A stretch of 64,000 bases of DNA from an uncultured Acidobacteriota bacterium. Its GTDB lineage: Bacteria > Acidobacteriota > Thermoanaerobaculia > Multivoradales > SZUA-115. The stretch spans positions 1-64,000 of the forward strand of contig CAWDVR010000006.1 of assembly GCA_963805975.1 (NCBI GenBank), in the 5' to 3' direction. Position 1 is the first letter of the stretch; every line of letters begins with the position of its first letter. Positions 1-7,010 of this stretch are shown here, piece by piece. The translations under genes and the position numbers were made by a program. The notes beneath the pieces were generated by a model, which saw only the letters and a list, made by a program, of their open reading frames with translations, was not told the DNA's origin and searched no databases.

Positions 1-340
1 ACTCGCCGACCTCGACGCTGCACTTCGATGCTCGAGGAATCCACGATCAGGCTCTCCACCCCCACCTCGCCCAGGAACCGATGCAACCAGAACCCGTCTC
101 GCCCCGCCTCGTAACAGCTCACCACTCGGGCCGAACTGGCCAGGCCAAACCGCTGCTTCGCCCGCTCGATCTCCTCCGCCAGCCGTCCAACCTCACCAGC
201 GGAATCGTCCGCTCTCGAGGCTTCTGCCCCAGCCCCACCGTGAACGCCAGCTTCCACTCCGTGTTGCCCAGCTCGAAAGCCAGATACACCGTCCCAGCCC
301 TCTGGCTATACTCCTTACCACGGGTCGTCTGAGAGCTCAT
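1..340 (-). mobile_element. IS110-family transposase, N-terminal part (runs off left edge; -1 frameshift near 200)
   Basis: ORF starts VYLAFELGNTEWKLAF. After a frame change the minus strand reads GEVGRLAEEIERAKQRFG...VVSCYEAGRDGFWLHRFL...IVDSSSIEVQRRGRR, typical IS110 DEDD-domain motifs. RBS GGGAGGAG before ATG at 340. Confidence 0.9.
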
Positions 341-430
341 AAGCTCCTCCCTTGCTTGGTCTCAAAGGAAGCTTACTCGGGACGACCCGTGCTCCTTTCC
401 GATCCACCTACCGCCCGGACCACGCATAGG

Positions 431-508
431 ATCTAACGGTGTATGAGCTCAGCGGCACCGCCGGGTGAATCCCCGGGTGGTGTCCGGAGGCCCAACGAGG
501 GGTTAGGC
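431..508 (-). other. Integron attC recombination site
   Basis: Minus strand: GCCTAAC (RYYYAAC) ... central hairpin GGACACCACCCGGG/CCCGGCGGTGCC ... GCTGAGCTCATACACC GTTAGAT (GTTRRRY). 78 nt, a few nt after the stop codon of the upstream gene (515-517). Confidence 0.8.
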
Positions 509-514
509 GTCTGG

Positions 515-1167
515 TCACGAAGGGTCTGAGGTCTGCTGGAGCGACAAATCCCGGTTCGCGGATCCCGACGGGGACGGCGCGTCGCCGCCGGTGCTCACTG
601 CCGGCAGCGCCGTGAAGTTCCCGGTGACGGTCATCGGCGCCACCGGCCGATCGATGGCTTCTCCCGTCGCGGCGACCTCGCAGGCGGAGAGCTGAAAGCG
701 GAACGCACCGTCGAACGCGCCGGGGACGTCGGCAGGGGTGGCACGGGATCGGCACCAGCCTGTCGCGACGGACGGCAATGAAGCGCCCGGCGTCGCCCCG
801 CATGGTTCATCGGGAGCACGAGGGCTGTCTCGGGAGTGACGCGGCCATCGCGGTCGAGTTCGAGGAGGAGATGCCAGCCTTCCGCGTGCAACTCGAGGCG
901 AGACGGGCCGACACTTCCGCTGGCGCCAGGGCTCGAATGATCGAAGCTCAGCTCGCCGGGGGACTCGGTCCATTTGCGTGAGCCACTTTTCGGGGAAGAG
1001 CCCGAGGAGCGGCCGGTCGAGGGGAGACTTGACCACTCTAACCGCGAATGACGGCCTCCGAGGCTTGTCCACTGTGTGGGTGCCAAGCCGCTCCTCCGAG
1101 CTCCAATGGAGCGTGAAGGAGTCAGGATGAGCGCGAAGAGCGCGGCGAACCCCAGAAAGAGCTTCAT
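515..1167 (-). CDS. Putative secreted hypothetical protein (cassette cargo, frameshifted)
   Basis: Signal-like N-terminus MKLFLGFAALFALILTPS in ORF 631..1179. The protein-like C-terminus (GWCRS...FDGAFRFQLSACEVAATG...VTGNF) is in ORF 515..1243 and stops adjacent to attC. Confidence 0.5.
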
Positions 1168-1325
1168 GTTCCGGAGCATCGCCCAGAATCGTGGCGAGGG
1201 TGTGGCGAGTCCGGGGGAACGGAAAGGGGTCTTTCAGCCTCAAAGGAGTACGTAGCCAGCTCGGCTCGATCCGCCTCGCTGAAGTCGAGGGCTTGGCGGA
1301 GCAGTTCTCCTGCCTTCTTCGTCAT
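1164..1325 (-). pseudogene. Truncated addiction-module antitoxin-like ORF (53 aa)
   Basis: My translation: MTKKAGELLRQALDFSEADRAELATYSFEAE...; the first ~24 aa resemble the N-terminus of addiction-module (TIGR02574-like) antitoxins. ATGA overlap with the next gene. Confidence 0.5.
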
Positions 1326-1816
1326 CGCCTTGGTTACCGATATGGATGACCCAGACGCCTAACTAGTGCATCTTGGTTTCCGCGACAGCGAGTTGGCCAG
1401 CATTAACCCGACGGACGCTGTCGCGGTGGTGCTCAGCATCGCGCACCCTCAACCTCTTTCCTCATCATCAGTTACGGGCATTCTACACCGAGCTGTGTTT
1501 TCGCTTCACGAAAACTCCCCGGTTGCAAGCTCACGGGCCGCTTGCCAGGTGAAAGGCCCCCGGACCCCCAGGAGGCTCACTAGCTCGGGAAGAGGCTCCC
1601 TGTTTGTGGTCCGGTGCCTTCTCTTCCAGCGTCCTGGAGTAACGCGTTTCGAGGAAGTGAGGATGGCCCTCCTGCCAGACTCACCGGCGCCGCGGATCTT
1701 CAGCGGCGCCGGGTCCTCCTTCAACCCATCGAGCACCGAGTGGAGTTCATCGAAGGTAGAAGCTCGTTCGCCGACCGTCGAGCCGATAGGCCCTTCCGGC
1801 AGTTTGCCTCACAGTC

Positions 1817-2111
1817 TCACCGCTTCGGTGGCGTGCGGCTGCCAGACGGCGGGCTTCCCCTCTCTGTCAGCCCCGCCTGCACTCGGTGCTCGGCCGTGCT
1901 CCGGCGCCGGCACGACGCCACCCAACTGTCGAGGTCGGCGCGCGTGTAGAAGGTGCGGCGGCCGAGCTTATGGAAAGTTCGGGCCGGTACCTTCCGAACG
2001 CCAGTTGTTGAGAGTCGCCGGTCGCAAATGCAGGTAGCTCGCCGCGTCAGCAACCGAGAGGAAGGGAGAAGGCAGTCCGAGAAGGGGCTTGGGGCCATCA
2101 GAATCGGGCAT
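1817..2111 (-). CDS. Excisionase/AlpA-like helix-turn-helix protein (frameshift near 1975)
   Basis: Joined frames read MPDSDG...FLSVADAASYLHLRPATLNNWRSEGTGPNF|HKLGRRTFYTRADLDSWVASCRRRST, the HTH_17/Xis pattern. RBS AGGAG upstream. Confidence 0.8.
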
Positions 2112-2123
2112 ACGGAAGATCTC

Positions 2124-2642
2124 CTATTGCCGAAGGGACTGCGAGGAAAGAGAAGACGAGTAAGATAGCTCGTCGTAAGTGTCTTGCGACTGCCCCGGGG
2201 CTGCGGCATCTTCCGAGGGCCTCGCGATCACGGGGGCGGCCTCTCCTCGGTCCGGCCTCTGGCCGGTGAGTGCGAGTCTCAAGCCCTTGAGCACCTTCAG
2301 CAGCTCGAGCAAAGTCGGTCGGAGGTCGGACGATGTTTCCAGTCTGTAGGTCGCAATGAGAGCTTGGTTGAGGTTGCTGCCAACTCGCATGAGCTGCTGG
2401 ACGCAGGCGTAGTTGATCGCCGGCACAGATGGCTGGATTCTTTGACCCAGGGCAGCACGGCGCAGGTAGGTTCCGATCGAAAGAGCGCATGCCTGGGCGA
2501 GGTACTCGATGCGGTCTCGTTCATCTTTCGAAACACGCACGCGCAGCCTTTCGTCGCGGCGTGCTTCGACTCCTACACGGGGCCTTCCGCCACGTCTCAA
2601 CTGGACGCAGGGTCGCGTAGCGGGGCGGTGGGGGTAGCTCAT
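2124..2642 (-). CDS. mobC: MobC-type relaxosome accessory (ribbon-helix-helix) protein
   Basis: RLRVRVSKDERDRIEYLAQACALSIGTYLRRAAL (RHH) followed by LMRVGSNLNQ (MobC LxxxGxNLNQ motif). Confidence 0.85.
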   Translation of the reverse strand: MSYPHRPATRPCVQLRRGGRPRVGVEARRDERLRVRVSKDERDRIEYLAQACALSIGTYLRRAALGQRIQPSVPAINYACVQQLMRVGSNLNQALIATYRLETSSDLRPTLLELLKVLKGLRLALTGQRPDRGEAAPVIARPSEDAAAPGQSQDTYDELSYSSSLSSQSLRQ

Positions 2643-2654
2643 CAGCTCGAGGTG

Positions 2655-2719
2655 AATTTACGGCCGTAAACGCCACCCAGGCCAAGCGAAGAACAGATCG
2701 CGTTTACGGGCCGTAAATT
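2655..2719. promoter_or_regulatory. Pair of palindromic operator-like sites upstream of mobC
   Basis: TTTACGGCCGTAAA (2657-2670, perfect palindrome) and TTTACGGGCCGTAAA (2703-2717). The two sites with flanks are inverted copies of each other. Confidence 0.6.
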
Positions 2720-2886
2720 GTTAATTCTGGCGTACGCAAGGATCGGTACGATGAGCACGGCTGATGCAACAACCATTATTGCTCAGAAATTCTTCCTTTC
2801 TTCCCGAGCCTGCGAGCGGGGGTCCAGGGGGAGGCCCTTGGCCAGCCAGGGCGAGCCAGCGAGCCCGTGTTTTCGGACCTCGAAAC

Positions 2887-2935
2887 CCCGAGCCCGCGAG
2901 GGGTTTTCGTGGGACGAAAACATTGCTGGCAGAAC
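2887..2935 (+). repeat. oriT-like repeat, copy A
   Basis: CCCGAGCC..CGAGGGGTTTTCGTGGGACGAAAACATTGCTGGCAGAAC with 8-bp hairpin GTTTTCGT/ACGAAAAC; ~250 nt upstream of mobC; similar copy at 4204-4251. Confidence 0.5.
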
Positions 2936-3556
2936 GTGGACCGTCGAAGGCTGTGGGGGGCGGGTTCTCAGGCGTGAGGGCCGCGCCAGTGCATGGGGCA
3001 ACAGGCGTGGCTCGCGCCACCAACCCCTAGAAAGGCCGTGATGGAACTGCGGATGAGTCGTCGCGAGGGAGGCGAAGTCTTGGTACAGGGCCGGATGCCG
3101 CTGCCGACCCGTGAGGCGCGGTCAGAAGCTCTAAGGTCCTTGCTCTACTCTGATCGATAGTCAGTAGTACCTGCTCAAAAGAACGGACCTACCATGGGTA
3201 AGGTGCCTCGCAGCGGGTGCTCCCGGGTTCCTGTCCTAACGGAGGTGTTCCAGGCTCGGACAGTACCTGGGCTCAAGTGTAGTTGACCGCTCGCTCGCCC
3301 GCGCTGGTGCTGGCTGCCCCATGGCGGGCCCCCCAAGGACTCGACGCCGAGGGCTTACCGGATCTCTCCTACGGGAGACACCTCCCACTGGGGAGAGTCG
3401 ACAAGGACGAGAGTGGCTGGCAGCGAACGGAGCGGGTGCAGCGCCTGCAAGCCGCCTTGTATAGGAGGAGCCGGCGGACCTGGGGCGCGAAGCAGACTCA
3501 ACCCCCGTTGTAGAGTAGAGCTTGGATCTGCCCGGCGAGGGACGAAGAGGTCGACC

Positions 3557-3778
3557 ATGGCCGTACCCCAGCTTGATATCCAGCGCCTCAGCCCAGAGGA
3601 GCGCATTCAGCTTGCCGAGGATCTGTGGGACAGCCTCCTGGAGACCCCTGAGGAGGTTTCTCTGACCGCGGCCCAGGCCGAGGAGTTGGACCGGCGACTG
3701 GATGCCTACCAAGCGGATCGAGACCCAGGCGAACCTTGGAGGGACGCCCTCGAACGCATGGGCAAGTCTCAAGGATGA
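3557..3778 (+). CDS. Addiction module antitoxin (TIGR02574-like)
   Basis: MAVPQLDIQRLSPEERIQLAEDLWDSL...QAEELDRRLDAY; ATGA overlap with the toxin. Confidence 0.9.
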   Translation: MAVPQLDIQRLSPEERIQLAEDLWDSLLETPEEVSLTAAQAEELDRRLDAYQADRDPGEPWRDALERMGKSQG

Positions 3779-4071
3779 TCCCGCCCCTCTTTCTGCGGCC
3801 TCTGGCCCGTGCCGAGATCCAGGAAGCCTACGAGTGGTACGAGGAGCGCCGACCGGGGCTCGGGGAGGAGTTCCTTGAGGCAGTCCGCGAGGTGCTGGAG
3901 GCGGTCGAGAACGCGCCGCTGCGGTATCCCGTGATCCGCAGGAGCGTGCGTCGTGCTCTCCTTCGGCGCTTCCCCTATTCGATCCTCTATGTGACCGAGC
4001 CGGCCGCAACTGTCGTCCTCGGTTGCTTCCACGCTCGACGCGACCCGCAACAATGGTACGACCGGCGCTGA
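3775..4071 (+). CDS. RelE/ParE-family toxin
   Basis: ARAEIQEAYEWYEERRPGLGEEF...RRALLRRFPYSILY...CFHARRDP. Confidence 0.9.
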   Translation: MIPPLFLRPLARAEIQEAYEWYEERRPGLGEEFLEAVREVLEAVENAPLRYPVIRRSVRRALLRRFPYSILYVTEPAATVVLGCFHARRDPQQWYDRR

Positions 4072-4203
4072 AACCGGCTCCGCGTTTGGCTCTGGGCCGC
4101 GGCGCTCGCGAGGAAGAGCCCGGCCCCGACCGTTGACTCTTCGCCTCGTTCCCAACGAATTGTCGCCGCTCAAGAGGTTGTTCACCCGTGCGAGGAGCGG
4201 GAG

Positions 4204-4251
4204 CCCGAGCCTACGAGGGTTTTCGGATCTCAGAAACACTGCTGGCAGAAC
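4204..4251 (+). repeat. oriT-like repeat, copy B
   Basis: CCCGAGCCTACGAGGGTTTTCGGATCTCAGAAACACTGCTGGCAGAAC, a diverged direct repeat of 2887-2935. Confidence 0.5.
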
Positions 4252-4843
4252 TCCGGTGGCGAGAGCGTGCTCGGAACTCGGCCGGAGCGTTCTGGATGTC
4301 TGGCGAGTTTCCGGGGCGGTGGTTCCCTGCTCCGGGATTTCCCGCTCCTTGCGAGGCAAGGGTGTGTCGGGCTGAAGGGCGTCCGGGTTCGGTGCCGAAG
4401 CTGGAGACGACCGCAGGCCTCGACACCCCGCCCCAAGTTGACATAGCGCCACGCGTTATGTCCAAGCCCTCGCGCAGCGAGGGCCAAGGCTGGGCTGGCC
4501 GAGCGACAGGTCCGGGAATGGCCATTCCCGGACAGCGACCCACAGCATGCCCCCAGGACGGCGGCAGGGCCGAGGTGAGGGGGGCCGCCGGCGTGGGGCG
4601 TGCGGAGCGCCTGGCGCGTACCCGAGTCTGCGAGGGACGGCCACCCCAGCCGCAGCTTGGGGCGGGCCTCGCGAGTCCCTTTCGGCAGTGCTTCCTCAGG
4701 TGGACTCTCGTGGGTCTGACGAGGCGCGTTTCGCAGAGTTGGGGGAAGTCGCCGGGCCCCCCTAGTTCCTGGAGGCCCGGACGGCTTCGGAAGTGGTCTT
4801 TAGACAGGTTTCTGAACGCGCTCGGACTTCGGGCATGGGGGCT

Positions 4844-5284
4844 TCATTCCGCCACCGCCTTCTCGATCTCGGTGGCGACCTCGGCAAGGGTGTCGGCCCA
4901 CTCCTCGGCCTTCACCTTGAGCCAGCGCTCGTACCGTGCGTCGGCCAGGGTGCCCCGGCCGTCGTCGGCTACCGTGTGGTGCAGAAAGCCCTGGAGGTAC
5001 CGAACGTCCTTGGCGACGGCTTCGAGCTCCAGGAGGATGATCGGTGTTTCGGCGTCGGGGAAGTTCCGCCACTCGAGGACGGCTTGGTAGAAGTAATCGC
5101 CGATCGCGCGGAGGGCCTGCTGAGTCTCGGCGTGGCCCACGTGGTGAAGGAACGTCTCCCGGATGGGCTGGAGCTCCTCCCAGGCGTCCAAGGGCGAAGA
5201 CGGCGAGGCGGGCTCCTCGGGGGGTGGCGGTGGGGGATCAGGTCGAGCGGCTGCGGCAGCGGTAGACTGCTCTCGGTCGGTCAT
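4844..5284 (-). CDS. Hypothetical alpha-helical protein (146 aa), apparently antisense-regulated
   Basis: MTDREQST...LQPIRETFLHH...LEAVAKDVRYLQGFL...; natural composition; GGAG 11-14 nt upstream of ATG 5284. Confidence 0.75.
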   Translation of the reverse strand: MTDREQSTAAAAARPDPPPPPPEEPASPSSPLDAWEELQPIRETFLHHVGHAETQQALRAIGDYFYQAVLEWRNFPDAETPIILLELEAVAKDVRYLQGFLHHTVADDGRGTLADARYERWLKVKAEEWADTLAEVATEIEKAVAE

Positions 5285-5354
5285 GGGGTCAAGGCTCCAT
5301 GGTCGGCTAGGGTCGGCCGGGTGTTTCCGCACTCGGTCGGCCCGCTTGGTTTCT
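5274..5354 (+). ncRNA. Candidate cis-antisense RNA (SymR-like architecture)
   Basis: -10 box TAGACT at 5263-5268 inside the opposing ORF. Hairpin 5282-5301 lies over the ATG/RBS. 14-bp stem 5310-5343 is fully paired only on + strand (3 G-U pairs) and has a partly U-rich tail. Ends approximate. Confidence 0.6.
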
Positions 5355-5448
5355 GGGTGCGGCTCCAGGCCGCGGGCTGGCAACGGCAGTGCTCCCTTGC
5401 GGGCGGCCCTCTGGGCGCGGAGCTGCTTTTAGTTTCTGGCAACACCCC

Positions 5449-6684
5449 CTACACCTCCTCCGGTCCTGAAGGCCCCTGCTGGGCCGCTTCCAGCGCCTGC
5501 CGCATGGCCTGCGAGCGAGCATTGGCAGCGTCTCGCAAGTGAGCCGGCAGGAAGTGGGCGTAGATCTCGGTGGACTGCTGGCTCTTGTGACCCACATTGG
5601 CGCCCGCTACCTTCAAGCTGACTCCGCGGGACACGTCCCAGCTCACGACGTTGTGGCGAAGGTCGTGGAGCCGAAAGTTGCCCAACTCCTCCAAGTCCAC
5701 CAGACCGGCCTTGCGCCGCACGCGCTGCCAGTGCGCCTTCACCTCACCGCGAGGCCGTGAGGGGTCCGGGCCGGGAAACACCCAAGGGCTGCCTTCAATG
5801 CGTGGGAGTGCGCGCAGCACCGCGATCGCCTCATCGGAGAGCATTCGGTATTCCTCCTCCGCACGCTTCGTGCCGAGCAACTTCGCCTCGCCGCGAACGA
5901 GGTCGAGGTTCTCCCACTGGAGCCGCAGGATCTCGCTGTTCGTCCGCCAGCCGGTCCAAAAGGCCAGACGCAAGGCACCGATGGCAAACGGCGGACTTCC
6001 CTGGCGCTCCTCCTCGTCCAGCGCTGCAAGGAGCCGAGCCATCTGCTCGGGCCGCAACATCACGCCCTTCTTCTCCCCGCGTCGACGCCGGGGGTAATGC
6101 TCCACCCATCGCACCGGATTGGAGCCGCGGGGTATCCACCCCCAACGCTCCGCCAGGGTCAAACAGCGACCGAGCACCAGCAGGGCTTGGTTTGCCTGGC
6201 AGGGAGTCCTCTTGAGGTCGGCATGGAGACGCTCGGCATGCTCAACACCGATCTGGTCCACCCGGAGCCGACCCAGACGGGGAAGGATGTGCTGCCGCAA
6301 GAGCCGGCGATAGCAATGGAGCGTTGCCGGCCGGCGTCCGCACTTCTCCGTGTGAGCTATCACCAGCTCGGCCAGTTCCGCGAGACTGCGACCCTCCGTA
6401 GCCTCTCGACGCCTCTCGGTCAGAGGATCGAGGCCGCGATCGACGAGGGAGCGTAGCCGCCCGGCTTCGGCTCGGGCCTGCTCAAGCGTCCAGGGCTCGC
6501 CGTAGCGGCCAATGTTTTGGCGCTGAGACGGCTTGCCCGGAAGGCGGTACTCGAAGACGAAGGTCCGCGTGCCCGAGGGCTCTACTTTGAGAGCGAGGCC
6601 GACACTCCGCGTGTCCCTAAGCAGATACCTTGTAGCGCCTGGTTTGGCGTTGGCGAGCGTGATCTTGCTAAGCTTGACGCGCAT
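5449..6684 (-). CDS. Tyrosine recombinase/integrase with N-terminal arm-binding domain
   Basis: N-term LRDTRSVGLALKVEPSGTRTFVFEYR (arm DNA-binding); catalytic R (TGWRTNSEI), HDLRH, GH, and Y (TEIYAH). Confidence 0.95.
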   Translation of the reverse strand: MRVKLSKITLANAKPGATRYLLRDTRSVGLALKVEPSGTRTFVFEYRLPGKPSQRQNIGRYGEPWTLEQARAEAGRLRSLVDRGLDPLTERRREATEGRSLAELAELVIAHTEKCGRRPATLHCYRRLLRQHILPRLGRLRVDQIGVEHAERLHADLKRTPCQANQALLVLGRCLTLAERWGWIPRGSNPVRWVEHYPRRRRGEKKGVMLRPEQMARLLAALDEEERQGSPPFAIGALRLAFWTGWRTNSEILRLQWENLDLVRGEAKLLGTKRAEEEYRMLSDEAIAVLRALPRIEGSPWVFPGPDPSRPRGEVKAHWQRVRRKAGLVDLEELGNFRLHDLRHNVVSWDVSRGVSLKVAGANVGHKSQQSTEIYAHFLPAHLRDAANARSQAMRQALEAAQQGPSGPEEV

Positions 6685-6866
6685 GCTCTTCTACCCCTCG
6701 CGACCGCCGCGGAACGCGCTCCACAGCATGCGTGTGGCATGCAGTGGGCGCGCAACTTGGGCGTAGCTCATGGGAGAAGAACATACTCACTGCGCCTTCA
6801 AAGTCAACACTGACAGGAGTTTGTGGGAATTGCAGGGAATCCCAGGTACCTCCCTCCCTGCAATCC

Positions 6867-7010
6867 TCACGTACTTCCGTGTACGTTCCGGTTTCCGCGC
6901 AGAGGGTACACGACCACCAGCCATCCGATCGGGCGGCCGGCGCTCTCCATGCTCACGTAGAGGTCGCCGGGCTCGGAGTTGAGATGGAGGTTGTCGGCAG
7001 CCTCACTCAT
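6867..7010 (-). pseudogene. Short ORF, probably the truncated 5' end of a gene at the element boundary
   Basis: MSEAADNLHLNSEPGDLYVSMESAGRPIGWLVVV overlaps the stop of the upstream gene, has RBS GAAGGAG, and ends after 47 aa next to the integrase upstream region. Confidence 0.45.

Larger units (their letters stand above)
437..1363 (-). mobile_element. Integron-type gene cassette
   Basis: Begins with GTTAGGCGTCTGG (1363-1351, minus strand) and has the exact reverse complement CCAGACGCCTAAC (514-502) at the start of its attC, the core/inverse-core complementarity expected of a cassette. Confidence 0.75.

Noticed and set aside
3232-3290. GTCCTAAC as another attC inverse core
   Set aside because: No matching GTTRRRY at a suitable distance with a palindromic body.
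5449-6684. Integrase as the integron integrase (IntI) for the attC
   Set aside because: It has an arm-binding N-terminus, no recognisable IntI-specific insertion, and is not adjacent and divergent to the cassette start.
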